Below, piece after piece: positions 13,731 through 23,598 of a stretch of 48,463 bases of DNA (position 1 is its first letter; the number at the start of each line of letters is the position of its first letter). Where the stretch lies: the IMG/VR virus record IMGVR_UViG_3300005805_006269, positions 1-48,463 of that record; one strand, written 5' to 3'. This stretch comes from a virus. Its lineage: Duplodnaviria > Caudoviricetes. The notes beneath the pieces were generated by a model that worked only from the letters and a program-made list of their open reading frames with translations, was not told the origin of the DNA and made no database searches. Made by a program: the position numbers and the translations under genes.

Positions 13731-13901
13731 TTATTCTTTGTCACTTTGAATAATTTTGTGAAATCTATCGAAGTCCTCTTCTTTCATAAACTTGTGATGT
13801 ACCAATAATTTTGCTAATCCAGTAACACCACTCATTTGGCCGTAAAGGAAACAAGCAAAGCAAGCACCAAGCATTAAAACAATTTGAATTATATCAAGCA
13901 T
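13731..13901 (-). CDS. Small membrane protein (56 aa)
   Basis: Manual translation MLDIIQIVLMLGACFACFLYGQMSGVTGLAKLL...; overlaps the upstream stop; hydrophobic N-terminus. Confidence 0.6.
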   Translation of the reverse strand: MLDIIQIVLMLGACFACFLYGQMSGVTGLAKLLVHHKFMKEEDFDRFHKIIQSDKE

Positions 13902-14526
13902 GAGGGATCCAGTTGTATATTTTTTTGTAAAGTTGTTTTTTTATTTTATTCCAGTCACATTTTGAGAATGTGCGCCTATAATAATTATATGAGTCTATTT
14001 TTCTAGTTTTTTGTATATTTCTCAAAACTTCGTATGGGTTTTTGTGTGAGTAGTACCTTTTTATTTCCATTGCAATGTCGTGAGCATAAGCATCAATTTC
14101 ATCAATATCTGACAAATATTCTCTTTCTTCTTGTAAGGTACCGGATATCATTCTAAAGTCTAATTGCACGGCTTCATCTTCTGGCTCTCTATTTGCCCAT
14201 TGATGTTGGTGAATTGACTCGTGCTGAATTGTTTGTGAAATTAAAAAGAAAAAAGGATCAATTGTGTACTTGTCTAAATTTAGTGTTTTTTGTTTGTCAC
14301 TAAAATTTAAAATTACATATTTTTTATTAAAAAACATATCATAAAGGCCAGACACAGTAAAATCATTTTCAGCTATATCACCAAATGTCTCAAATTTAAA
14401 TTTAAGATCTTTAGGAAAATTAAATATTTTACCTAGCCTTCTTGTAACCGTTGTGTAAGTGTGGTTACCTAAAAAAAGGTTTTCATTATCACAAAGTGTT
14501 TTGTTGATTTCTGGAGCAAGATACAT
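13894..14526 (-). CDS. HExxH zinc-metallopeptidase-like protein
   Basis: TIQHESIHQHQ plus downstream YLSDIDEIDAYA; GGAG RBS. Confidence 0.55.
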   Translation of the reverse strand: MYLAPEINKTLCDNENLFLGNHTYTTVTRRLGKIFNFPKDLKFKFETFGDIAENDFTVSGLYDMFFNKKYVILNFSDKQKTLNLDKYTIDPFFFLISQTIQHESIHQHQWANREPEDEAVQLDFRMISGTLQEEREYLSDIDEIDAYAHDIAMEIKRYYSHKNPYEVLRNIQKTRKIDSYNYYRRTFSKCDWNKIKKQLYKKIYNWIPHA

Positions 14527-14535
14527 AACCTCTCC

Positions 14536-15936
14536 TTACAATTTTATACCCGAAAAATCCTTTTTCTTAAACATCTTATCAAAAGAATAATCGTCCAACT
14601 CTTGATTATCCAACTCTATACCAGAATCGACAATATTGCTTTGTGCAGAACCCTCCACGTCATACAGCCTCATTTTGGCACGATCAACCCCAATCATAAA
14701 TCTCTTATGAAAGGTTGGGTCATTATACCTATTTTTCAACTGTTTAACCATTAACTGATTTAACTGCTCGAGTTCTTCTGTGCTAATTAAAGCAAACATA
14801 AAATCTGCTGTAGCTGGTAGACCGAAAGATTCGGATGTGTCCGTCAAATCTACATCAGTGTTAGCAAACCCTGATCTAGTTGTCTGTGTAGCTGACACGA
14901 CAGGTACGTTATATTCTACAGCAAGACCACGTAACTCTTCAGCAATGGCCTTAACATACATATACGAATTTACTGCACCTCCTGGTTTATATCTAGATGA
15001 AGCACATATATTTAGATAATCAATAAACACAATTTCTGGCTTAAATTGTCTTTTTAGATAAAGCTCATTTAAAAGTATTTTAAAGTGACCGACGTGTGCC
15101 GATGCGGTAGGATATTCTTTTATAATTAATTTACCAGTGGTTTTTGTGGCTAGCTTAGCAATCCTTTTGTTAAATGTACCTTTTGGTATTTCTTTAATTT
15201 GATCAAGTTCTGTGTTTAGTAAGTTAGCATCAAGCCTTTCTGCTATCCTTTCTTCAGCCATTTCCATGGTAATATAAAGCACGTTTTTGCCTTGAGCAAG
15301 ACAGCTAGCAGCCATATGACACATGAACAAAGACTTACCAACACCAGTACCTGCTAAAACTATATTAAGTGTTTTTGTTGGTAAACCACCCTGAGTAATC
15401 TTATTAAAGATCTCCAAATCAAATGGAATTTTTGTTTCTTTTTTATGGTAGAAGTCAAATCGATTATCTGCATTATCAATATAGTCGTGACCAACAGACG
15501 CATCAAAACATACTCCAAGTGCCTCTTGTAAAAGTGATGGAATACCATCTTTGCTGTGATGCTTATCCCTACCATCCAAAATCTGAATAGAATTTACAAT
15601 TGCATTATAGACCGCTTTGTCTTTACAAAACTTCTCAGTCTCATCAACAAGCCAATCATTATTAGTTGGCTCTTTTGTAGATAGTTCTTTTAAAAAAGAT
15701 GATACATCACTAAACTGTCCTTCGTTAAGTGATGAATTTTGTAGAGAGACTTCTAATGCTTCGATTGTTGCTGGTTTATTATATTTTTTAACAAAATCAT
15801 TTACAAATGTAAAGACAAACTTTTGTTCGCTTTGGCTAAAATATTCTTCTTTTAGGAACGGTAAAACTTTCCTAACAAATTCTTCATTGTGAATTAGATT
15901 CCTTAGAATCGTTGTCTCTATTGTTGTCGCTGTCAT
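14536..15936 (-). CDS. 41: Replicative DNA helicase (T4 gp41)
   Basis: Walker A AGTGVGKS, ITMEMAEERIAERLDANL, IIKEYPT, IDYLNICAS, ESFGLPATAD, QLKNRY. Confidence 0.97.
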   Translation of the reverse strand: MTATTIETTILRNLIHNEEFVRKVLPFLKEEYFSQSEQKFVFTFVNDFVKKYNKPATIEALEVSLQNSSLNEGQFSDVSSFLKELSTKEPTNNDWLVDETEKFCKDKAVYNAIVNSIQILDGRDKHHSKDGIPSLLQEALGVCFDASVGHDYIDNADNRFDFYHKKETKIPFDLEIFNKITQGGLPTKTLNIVLAGTGVGKSLFMCHMAASCLAQGKNVLYITMEMAEERIAERLDANLLNTELDQIKEIPKGTFNKRIAKLATKTTGKLIIKEYPTASAHVGHFKILLNELYLKRQFKPEIVFIDYLNICASSRYKPGGAVNSYMYVKAIAEELRGLAVEYNVPVVSATQTTRSGFANTDVDLTDTSESFGLPATADFMFALISTEELEQLNQLMVKQLKNRYNDPTFHKRFMIGVDRAKMRLYDVEGSAQSNIVDSGIELDNQELDDYSFDKMFKKKDFSGIKL

Positions 15937-16204
15937 AAGCTTCCAGTGCTTCCTTTACAATATCTGTGATTATAGTTTGAAACAAAGCATCAAACATATC
16001 ACCTTTTACTAACTCTTCTGAAATAATCTCGGGCTTGTTAATTATGTGATAGTTAACAGAAAGATTACTATTATCTTCCTGTGTTTCTTCTTTAAAATTT
16101 ACTTCAGTTACTTGTACAACCACACCACTAAATTCACCATCAATTATTTCAAATCCCCAGTCATCTTTATTAAACCAAGGCGCGTATAACTCATTCCTCA
16201 ACAT
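15884..16204 (-). CDS. 40: gp40-like head vertex assembly chaperone
   Basis: Acidic ~107-aa protein at the T4 gene 40 position between uvsX and 41; start chosen by the GAGGA RBS. Confidence 0.5.
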   Translation of the reverse strand: MLRNELYAPWFNKDDWGFEIIDGEFSGVVVQVTEVNFKEETQEDNSNLSVNYHIINKPEIISEELVKGDMFDALFQTIITDIVKEALEAYDSDNNRDNDSKESNSQ

Positions 16205-17252
16205 TAGCATATTCCTCTTCAATGTCATCAGCAGAAAGTTCTTTTGACATAAGGTTTGTACCAGAGTTCTTATATTTCTTTTCTACAAATTCTTGAAACT
16301 TCTTGTCTGCTAGAATTGGAATCCAAAATTCTTTTGTGTATGTGTCTTTTATTCTAACCTTATCATCGCTTCCAGCCTTTGCATACCATCCATTAGAAGG
16401 TTTAGTTACAAAGCCACCTTCTAAAGCAACATCCATAAGACCAGACCATTTACTAATACCACCCTCATAACTCACTTCAATTGCAATTTTAGATTTTTCT
16501 CTCACAGAGCGAGACTTCTCAACATTAATAATAAAGTTGTAACCTATAACCTCAGTGCCTTCTTTTTCTTGTTGTCGACCAACAATGTAAATGTTGTCTG
16601 CACTATAGTAAATTCCTGTACCGCCAGAAACAATATCCTTAGGAAACATTCCAATTTCTTTGTAGGTGTGGTTAACTACAACCATTGGAATATCTTTTAA
16701 GGTCAAATGAGGTGTAACCATTCTAAACAAGGACTTAAGCTGTTTAGCTCTTGACATATCTGCAACAGACTTACCATCTAGTGCATCTTCTACTTCTTTC
16801 TTAGAAGCAAGGTTACCTACAGAGTCTATAATAACAATAACATGATCACCACGTTCCAGGTTGTTAAGCTGAGCCATAGCATCGTGCTTTAACTGTTCAA
16901 TGTCTGTGATTGGTGTATGCAATACTTTCTTAGTGTCTATCCCAAATGAGTCAAAATAACCTTGAGGAGAACCAAACTCACTGTCGTAGAAAAGAACAAT
17001 ACCGTCATTATATTTTTCTAAAAAGGATTTCGCAAGAAGCAATGCAAATGCAGTCTTAAAATGTTTAGAGGGACCAGCAAATACTGTTAGACCTGGAATA
17101 AGACCTCCATCTAGCTTACCAGACAAAGCTACATTGATCATTGGTACAGCTGTCTGGATCATATCTTTAGCATTAAAGAACTTAGATTCGCTCAGCACAC
17201 TTGTATCTTTAATGGTTGAATTCTTAATTAACTTTTCAATCAAATCGCTCAT
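16191..17252 (-). CDS. uvsX: UvsX RecA-like recombinase
   Basis: AGPSKHFKT, FYDSEFG, DSVGNLASKKE, DMSRAKQLKSLFR; start at ATG 17252 after GGAGA. Confidence 0.97.
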   Translation of the reverse strand: MSDLIEKLIKNSTIKDTSVLSESKFFNAKDMIQTAVPMINVALSGKLDGGLIPGLTVFAGPSKHFKTAFALLLAKSFLEKYNDGIVLFYDSEFGSPQGYFDSFGIDTKKVLHTPITDIEQLKHDAMAQLNNLERGDHVIVIIDSVGNLASKKEVEDALDGKSVADMSRAKQLKSLFRMVTPHLTLKDIPMVVVNHTYKEIGMFPKDIVSGGTGIYYSADNIYIVGRQQEKEGTEVIGYNFIINVEKSRSVREKSKIAIEVSYEGGISKWSGLMDVALEGGFVTKPSNGWYAKAGSDDKVRIKDTYTKEFWIPILADKKFQEFVEKKYKNSGTNLMSKELSADDIEEEYANVEE

Positions 17253-17276
17253 AATTTTCTCCAAAGTAATACTATA

Positions 17277-19787
17277 CTATATTCCAAATAATTCATCAAG
17301 AGTTGCTTTTTCTTTTAGTTGCCAGTTAACGCATTCTATTAGTGAATTCAATGGTTCTAAAAAAGCTTTCTGAAACATCATATCGTAATCTACATACTTA
17401 TCCAAACCAAATTCAGGAGGGATCTGTCCCTGAAATGAGATAACGTTTGTTCCTGCGGTATTGGGTTCCAGAAGATATAAAAATTTTATCTTGTCACCCT
17501 CATATATTTTTTGATATGCCTTTTCTAACTTCTTTTCAACAATTAACTTATTATACATTAGAGCACCACGAACATGAATAGGTGTTCCCTTTTTAAAAAT
17601 TGTTTCTCCGTCTCTATATTGACCAACATTGTTTACTGTTCTAGGAAAAGCAATATCTTGGGGTGGCAATTTCTTCCACGTGTCTTCTAAGTTTTTTACA
17701 AAATCTTTTAGATCTTGCTCTGTCTTAGTAAGAACAATCTTAACAGAATCTCTCAATGCTTGGCGAACAGATGCTGGTGTCGAGCTTCTTACAATCTCCA
17801 TACCTTGTACTTTTAGTTTTGGCGGATTGTAAGCGACACCTTCAGAATTGAATACGTTTAGAGCATATCGTTTTTTAGCTAACCAAATACCGCTGTCTGC
17901 AATCACCTCTCGTTTAAATGCTATCTTTCTTTGATAGACATTCATGTAATCAAATATGTCACTACAAGCTGTATCTATTTCTTTTGAAAGCTTTGTTTCG
18001 CAAAATGTATCAATCTGTGAACAAATTTCTTCATCCGTTCCTTTCAAATGTTTTTTAACATAATTACCAAGAGTTAGATAAGTGGAATCAGTGTCACAAT
18101 AGAAAGTGTAATCAACATTTTTAGTATCACATTGTTGGTTCAAATACTCTGTCATTTTATTAGCTACTGATCTAATTACATACTGACCAGTCATTGTAAT
18201 GCCTTCAGCAAGTCTTGTATCATAAAATCTAAAGTATATGTTGCCACAAGCACCATACAAACTATTCATTAAAATCTTAGCAGCCATTTGCTTAGAGTTA
18301 AGACTAGTAACGTGTTCAAGAAATTTCTTATCCCCTGTTTCGGAATAACGTTTTTGAGCCTCCAGCATATGTTTTTTTACTTTTTGACGCATTTCAAAAT
18401 AATATTTAATTAGCTGCGGCAGTACACCTTCAAAGTCTTTTCTAAAACATTGGCCGTTAGCGACCATTGCATAGTCTTTGCTCTTGAGCTTTTTAGTGTC
18501 TACCTTTTTGTCAATTAACATTTGTATTGACTTTTCTTCATCGGCTAGGTACTTCTCACCATCAACTAGTGTTTCTGGTGACATATTAAATGACATCATA
18601 ATAGATGGATAAAGAGAAGTAGCATCAAACGAAACTATCCAGTCGTACTTGGCTGGTCTTGGTTCTTTAACAAAAGCACCAATAATTTGTCTATCGTTTG
18701 CTTCATCTATGTTTGGTGGATTAGGAACAATAATATCTTTCTTTGCCAGTGCATTGTAAATAATACAATCCCATGTTCTTACTGATGAAAAGATATCAAC
18801 ATAATTACATTTTGCATCGTAAGCCATTGTTAGTATAAGATTAATTAATCTCATCTTATCTTCAAGCATGTCAACAAGTTCAACGTCCCATATATTATAA
18901 TCTACAAATAGTTTCCAATCCTTTGTATAGAATTCCTTAAACGAATTGTACTCGTGTTTAATTTTTTGTTTCTCCAACTCTTCATTGGAAACGTAGTCGA
19001 GTGAATAAGATTCTAATGTTTTAAAAGAGAACTTCTTATACAGATCCATGTAATCTAAAATAGAAATACCAGTCCAATCAAACGCCAGTTGTGTTCGTCC
19101 TTTTGCATATGGTACTTCATATGAACTAACTACTCCGTATGGCGAACAATCTCTAAGAGCAGACTCACCAAGCACTCTTTGTATGCGAGAAGATAAATAT
19201 GATATGTCAAATAGCTGAACATTCCAACCAGTAATTACATCTGGATAGTTACTTTTTAGACATTGAATAAATTTCTTGAGAAGGTCAAACTCATCTTTAC
19301 ATTGAACGTATGTAACATTATCCTTTTCAGGTAAATAAGGTTTACAACCAAAAGAGGTTATTTCCTTAGTATTAAAATCTTGCATTGATATTAACAACAC
19401 TTCCTCTTGCGCAGATCTTGGATCTGGAAAACCAAGCTCTGTGGAAGTTTCAATATCAAGCGTAACAATCTTCATGAGAGAAGCGTCAAATTCAATATCG
19501 TTGGGAAACAACTTTGTAATAAATTGATATTGAAATCTTGTATTTCCAAAGATAGGAAAGTTACTAACTTCTTTATAATTTTTTAAAAACTCTTTGGCAT
19601 CATTTATTGAATCAAATTTAATCCTCTCTAAGTTTTCCCCCTGGAGAGTTTTAAATTTAGATTCTTTCCCAGACCTAACATAAAGACTGGGTTGAAATGG
19701 TATTTTTTGGACTGTGCGTTTTCCGTCTTTTATGCCACGGAAATGAATAGAATTACCACGCTGATAGACATTAGTATAGAAGAACAT
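17277..19787 (-). CDS. 43: Family B DNA polymerase (T4 gp43)
   Basis: DIET exonuclease I, TGWNVQLFD, SFDATSLYPS, KILMNSLYG, YCDTDS, KKRYALN. Confidence 0.98.
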   Translation of the reverse strand: MFFYTNVYQRGNSIHFRGIKDGKRTVQKIPFQPSLYVRSGKESKFKTLQGENLERIKFDSINDAKEFLKNYKEVSNFPIFGNTRFQYQFITKLFPNDIEFDASLMKIVTLDIETSTELGFPDPRSAQEEVLLISMQDFNTKEITSFGCKPYLPEKDNVTYVQCKDEFDLLKKFIQCLKSNYPDVITGWNVQLFDISYLSSRIQRVLGESALRDCSPYGVVSSYEVPYAKGRTQLAFDWTGISILDYMDLYKKFSFKTLESYSLDYVSNEELEKQKIKHEYNSFKEFYTKDWKLFVDYNIWDVELVDMLEDKMRLINLILTMAYDAKCNYVDIFSSVRTWDCIIYNALAKKDIIVPNPPNIDEANDRQIIGAFVKEPRPAKYDWIVSFDATSLYPSIMMSFNMSPETLVDGEKYLADEEKSIQMLIDKKVDTKKLKSKDYAMVANGQCFRKDFEGVLPQLIKYYFEMRQKVKKHMLEAQKRYSETGDKKFLEHVTSLNSKQMAAKILMNSLYGACGNIYFRFYDTRLAEGITMTGQYVIRSVANKMTEYLNQQCDTKNVDYTFYCDTDSTYLTLGNYVKKHLKGTDEEICSQIDTFCETKLSKEIDTACSDIFDYMNVYQRKIAFKREVIADSGIWLAKKRYALNVFNSEGVAYNPPKLKVQGMEIVRSSTPASVRQALRDSVKIVLTKTEQDLKDFVKNLEDTWKKLPPQDIAFPRTVNNVGQYRDGETIFKKGTPIHVRGALMYNKLIVEKKLEKAYQKIYEGDKIKFLYLLEPNTAGTNVISFQGQIPPEFGLDKYVDYDMMFQKAFLEPLNSLIECVNWQLKEKATLDELFGI

Positions 19788-19794
19788 AGCTGCA

Positions 19795-19823
19795 ATTATA
19801 TATTAATTTTTTATGTATTTCAA
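19795..19823 (-). promoter_or_regulatory. sigma70-type promoter of gp43, probably producing a leaderless mRNA
   Basis: TTGAAA-N17-TATAAT with only 7 nt to the ATG and no SD. Confidence 0.65.
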
Positions 19824-19831
19824 CAGAATTA

Positions 19832-19839
19832 CATAAATA
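19832..19839 (+). promoter_or_regulatory. Late promoter (CATAAATA) for the plus-strand island
   Basis: NATAAATA box ~33 nt before the ATG, followed by a GAGGA RBS. Confidence 0.6.
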
Positions 19840-19871
19840 TAACTTAGTAGTTACACACCATAGAGGAAAAA

Positions 19872-20390
19872 ATGAAGAAAATACTATTTTTGGTTTTCTT
19901 CGTTATGACTTCATCCCATACAATAGCTCAAACTATTGTAACTGAATCGACATCAAACAGTACAAATAACAGCAACTCGACATCAACCACTACTGTAAAA
20001 TCACCGCCACCTACTGCTGTGGCACCAGCCATAAGTTCTATGAACTCAGACCTTTGTGCAGTAGGTGTATCTGGCGCAGCACAGACACAAATCCTAGGCA
20101 TAGCCATTGGCTCAACATTCGTAGACAAAAACTGTGAGCGGTTAAAATTATCAAAAAGCCTTTACGACATGGGCATGAAGGTAGCAGCAGTAGCTACCTT
20201 GTGTGGAGACGAGCGCGTGTTTGAAGCCATGATGAATGCTGGTACGCCTTGCCCAGTTGAAGGTAAGATTGGAGCAGAAGCCAAAGCAATCTGGGACGAA
20301 CGTCGTGGCACTAAAGATAAAAATAACAAACCTTGTGATACCAATGTTGGGGATGATCCTTTGATTCGTCAAAGACTAGGCTGTAAGTAA
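19872..20390 (+). CDS. Secreted Cys-rich protein of unknown function
   Basis: Sec-type signal peptide, S/T linker, six Cys (DLC, NCERLK, TLC, TPCP, KPC, GCK). Confidence 0.75.
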   Translation: MKKILFLVFFVMTSSHTIAQTIVTESTSNSTNNSNSTSTTTVKSPPPTAVAPAISSMNSDLCAVGVSGAAQTQILGIAIGSTFVDKNCERLKLSKSLYDMGMKVAAVATLCGDERVFEAMMNAGTPCPVEGKIGAEAKAIWDERRGTKDKNNKPCDTNVGDDPLIRQRLGCK

Positions 20391-21850
20391 TGAACATTTG
20401 GTTGAGATTTTGGATCTTTTGGGTAGTGGCAACTTTTGCTTTGTGGTTGCATCAACCATTGCGAGCACAGATTGTCACGCTACCTATACCGGGAGCTCCA
20501 GGACTCTCAGTGACAATAGGTATTGGAGCAAACGCATTGCCTCTTCAACAAATACAAAATAACCCAAACGCTGTTAATATTACCACCTCTGATGATGGCT
20601 GGACTAATGTTCCTTTGCCTTTTGCCTTCCCCCTGTTTGGACAGACTTTTACTAATTCATGGGCAGCAACCAATGGTTTTGTCACGTTCCAAGATCCATA
20701 TGTTTCCCAACTATATGGTGGTTGTTGTGAGGGTATAGATCTTACTAAAACAACAGATCCTAGATACAACTATACTATATTTGGTTTACACACCGATCTT
20801 TACTCTTGGAATAATGCCAATCAATATTATCTCAATGAAGGTAATTCTATGACCTATGGTTGGTACAACATAAGCCAATGTTGTAGTAGCCAAGGTGGAA
20901 ACAGTCTTGAAATTAAAATTAATAGTTCGGGATTAATTGATACAAGACTATCTGGAGCATTTATTTCTTGGAATGGTGTTACTTCAGGATTCACTGGAGA
21001 CTTGTCTCAAGGACAATATTTTCAGCACTATCATGGACAAGGCATTAATATTGTGCCTGGATCATCTAATATATTTTCCTGGCAAGCATTGTCTGGAACT
21101 ACAGATCTTTGTAGCAGCAATCCTTTAAGTTCACCTACTTGTCCTGGATATCAATATGCTTATCTTTCACAACAAATTATCCAACAAGCCTCTTCTAGTG
21201 TCTCTGTAGCTAATTTAAACACTAACACCACTTCAAGCATTAGCCTAACAGGAATAGTCCCTACTACTGAACCAACTATCACTATATCAACTTCTGGCAC
21301 AGTAACAACTGGTGTTGCAGTTGTACCTGATGCTGAAGTAAACACAGTTATTACTCGTAAGATTGAAAGCACAGCCAGCCCAACCAGTACAGTCACATTA
21401 CAGGTTCAAACTAGGCCTATGGAAGATAGTCAAGAACAACAACGTCGTAGAACTAGAAATGCAACAGCAGAAGAAATAGAAATTGCTAAACGCGAAGAAA
21501 AGAAACGCGAAGAAGAAGCGAGCGAGCGCAGAAAAGAAATAGCAGAACGAATGAGAAAGGCTGCACAAGATGCTGCTATTGCTAAAGGTAAAGAAGCAAT
21601 TAAAGAAGTCGATCAAGCTAAATCTATGGATGAACAAATTGCAAACCAAGCCTTTATTGTTGCTACAATGAGTTTTGTACCAGGATTTGAAAGTTACGGT
21701 TCATTAAAAATACCTGATTCTCAATTTTATCATTCACGCGAATTATATCCAACACAACAAACAGTAGATAATCAACGTCTTATACGTGGACTTACTGGTG
21801 CTTCCGATCGCCGTCACGCTGACATGGTTGGAAGCCAATATGTAAAATAA
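20390..21850 (+). CDS. Exported protein with NIDO-like beta domain, Thr-rich linker and coiled coil
   Basis: Signal peptide; DDGWTNVPLPFAFPLFGQTF...ATNGFVTF resembles nidogen-like N-terminal domains; CC pairs; E/K/R-rich helix. Confidence 0.6.
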   Translation: MNIWLRFWIFWVVATFALWLHQPLRAQIVTLPIPGAPGLSVTIGIGANALPLQQIQNNPNAVNITTSDDGWTNVPLPFAFPLFGQTFTNSWAATNGFVTFQDPYVSQLYGGCCEGIDLTKTTDPRYNYTIFGLHTDLYSWNNANQYYLNEGNSMTYGWYNISQCCSSQGGNSLEIKINSSGLIDTRLSGAFISWNGVTSGFTGDLSQGQYFQHYHGQGINIVPGSSNIFSWQALSGTTDLCSSNPLSSPTCPGYQYAYLSQQIIQQASSSVSVANLNTNTTSSISLTGIVPTTEPTITISTSGTVTTGVAVVPDAEVNTVITRKIESTASPTSTVTLQVQTRPMEDSQEQQRRRTRNATAEEIEIAKREEKKREEEASERRKEIAERMRKAAQDAAIAKGKEAIKEVDQAKSMDEQIANQAFIVATMSFVPGFESYGSLKIPDSQFYHSRELYPTQQTVDNQRLIRGLTGASDRRHADMVGSQYVK

Positions 21851-21861
21851 CGGAGGAATAA

Positions 21862-22362
21862 ATGGGCGAAGAAATAAAAGATGTAAACAAAAAGATAGAT
21901 GCGGCAGAGGCTGCTGTAAAAAAATACGCAAGTAAAGATACTGTAATTAGCATTGGTGGTTACGAATTTACTCCAGCCAAACTTATGGTTGCTGCAACTA
22001 TAGTATCATCAGTGTTAGGAGGTCTCTATGGTGCGTTTGAGATGTATAAAGATTACCAAAGTATGAAAGAAAGAATTGCCAAGTACGTAGCTCCAGACCT
22101 TTCAGAATTTGACAAACGTTTGGCTGTAATTGAAGAAAATTCACAAAAAACAACTGATTACACTCGCGATATAAAGAATGATCTTAAACAAGATATACGT
22201 AGACTTGAAGGTGTGGTTGAACAAGTGGAGCGAAGCTCTAAACAAGTACAGCGTGAAGTAAATCAAAGTCAAAAAGAGCAAGATGTGGAAATGAGGCAAC
22301 TACGTAAAGAGATAGATGATAAGATCAAGAAGGCTTTAGATAATCCTTTATCAGGTAAATAA
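21862..22362 (+). CDS. Single-pass membrane coiled-coil protein
   Basis: TM segment LMVAATIVSSVLGGLYGAF then a heptad-rich region; GGAGG RBS. Confidence 0.7.
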   Translation: MGEEIKDVNKKIDAAEAAVKKYASKDTVISIGGYEFTPAKLMVAATIVSSVLGGLYGAFEMYKDYQSMKERIAKYVAPDLSEFDKRLAVIEENSQKTTDYTRDIKNDLKQDIRRLEGVVEQVERSSKQVQREVNQSQKEQDVEMRQLRKEIDDKIKKALDNPLSGK

Positions 22363-22372
22363 ACATTCATTT

Positions 22373-22828
22373 ATGTCAGATATTAAACCAGACATTAAAA
22401 AGCCTTCGGTGGCACGCATGGCCGTGGATACTATTAAAGAAGCAAAAGAGGCTGGTGAAGAACTTGGCAGAATGATAGCAGACATACAAGCTGATAACGA
22501 GCGCTCTGTAAGACAGTATCAAGCACGTATACTATCAGAACGTCGAGAGCAACGAATCCATGAGCGAGAGCTAGATCAGATTGCTATGGATGAATGGATT
22601 GCAAATGAGCAACTTAAAAAGAACATTCAACAAGTAAAAGAAGAAGTTGAACGTACTTACGGACCTGGTAGTTGGGAAAAAATACAAGCTACTAAAACAC
22701 GTATCAAACAACTCGAGAGCAACGACACGAGGGCTGTTAATGAATTACGTAACCGTATGAACGATTTGTTGTGGTGGTGCTTAGGTATATCAGCAATAAT
22801 AACTTATACATTTAAATTATATAAATGA
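22373..22828 (+). CDS. Coiled-coil protein with C-terminal TM helix
   Basis: Helical charged body ending in LLWWCLGISAIITYTF. Confidence 0.65.
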   Translation: MSDIKPDIKKPSVARMAVDTIKEAKEAGEELGRMIADIQADNERSVRQYQARILSERREQRIHERELDQIAMDEWIANEQLKKNIQQVKEEVERTYGPGSWEKIQATKTRIKQLESNDTRAVNELRNRMNDLLWWCLGISAIITYTFKLYK

Positions 22829-22902
22829 GACCTGCACACCTATTTGCTATAATTAGCATAATTGTAACTACTTTTTTATTGTGGTTAGAGCATCAAAAAT
22901 AA
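22825..22902 (+). CDS. 25-aa hydrophobic peptide
   Basis: MRPAHLFAIISIIVTTFLLWLEHQK; ATGA overlap with the upstream stop. Confidence 0.4.
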   Translation: MRPAHLFAIISIIVTTFLLWLEHQK

Positions 22903-22905
22903 ATA
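22898..22905 (+). promoter_or_regulatory. Candidate internal late promoter (AATAAATA)
   Basis: NATAAATA upstream of the AAGGAG RBS of 22933. Confidence 0.4.
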
Positions 22906-22932
22906 ATACATTTGACATAAAGGAGTTACCTT

Positions 22933-23163
22933 ATGAAATGGATTCACAGTATGTTAACAGACGGAACCGATGAAGGTATTAGCAGTAAAAGAGCAGTAAC
23001 TATTCTTGCTTTTTTACTTTGTGCAATGGCTTTTGTTGGTGATTTGTTTTGGGATTTAAATATAGATTCTACTGTATATGAAGGTATGATGTATATTGCT
23101 ATTGCTGGTTTAGGTTTTACAGCGTCAGAGAAGTTTTCAAAACAAAAAGATACAGATAAATAA
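22933..23163 (+). CDS. Small two-TM membrane protein (holin-like)
   Basis: SSKR followed by two hydrophobic helices and a charged tail; AAGGAG RBS. Confidence 0.6.
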   Translation: MKWIHSMLTDGTDEGISSKRAVTILAFLLCAMAFVGDLFWDLNIDSTVYEGMMYIAIAGLGFTASEKFSKQKDTDK

Positions 23164-23173
23164 GGGGATTTAA

Positions 23174-23293
23174 ATGTTAGATATTTTATTTTGGATAGCT
23201 GTAGGAGCATTTATCGGTTGGAATTTTCCACAACCTTTTTGGGCTAAAATTGCACAAGTAAAAATTCAAGAAATTATTGCAAAGAAAAAATAA
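23174..23293 (+). CDS. 39-aa membrane peptide
   Basis: MLDILFWIAVGAFIGWNFPQPFWAK...KKK; AAGGGG RBS. Confidence 0.65.
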   Translation: MLDILFWIAVGAFIGWNFPQPFWAKIAQVKIQEIIAKKK

Positions 23294-23298
23294 ATTAA

Positions 23299-23598
23299 AT
23301 GTCAGTAAAAAATACAGATAAAGGTTTAGCTAAATTTTTAATTATTTTATTGTTTCTTCCTTTAACACTTGCGTATTTTAGTGGAGACAAATTTCGCTAC
23401 CCTTGCCAAGATCCAAGCAATTGGGACAGCGATATGTGCAAATTACCTCGTTGCGATGTGACAAGAACTTGCCCAGAGCACATATTTAAAGGTGGCCGTG
23501 ATCCTAGACTAGGACCACCAACAGATAGAGAGATTATTAAACCCACACAAACCCCACCAGCCTTATCAAAACCAATAGTTGGAGCAAACTGCAAATGA
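23299..23598 (+). CDS. Membrane-anchored Cys/Pro-rich periplasmic protein
   Basis: N-terminal TM, then RYPCQDPSNW..MCKLPRCDVTRTCP. Confidence 0.6.
   Translation: MSVKNTDKGLAKFLIILLFLPLTLAYFSGDKFRYPCQDPSNWDSDMCKLPRCDVTRTCPEHIFKGGRDPRLGPPTDREIIKPTQTPPALSKPIVGANCK

Noticed and set aside
14536-19787. Inteins or introns in gp41, UvsX or gp43
   Set aside because: Protein lengths and motif spacing are normal and the ORFs are uninterrupted
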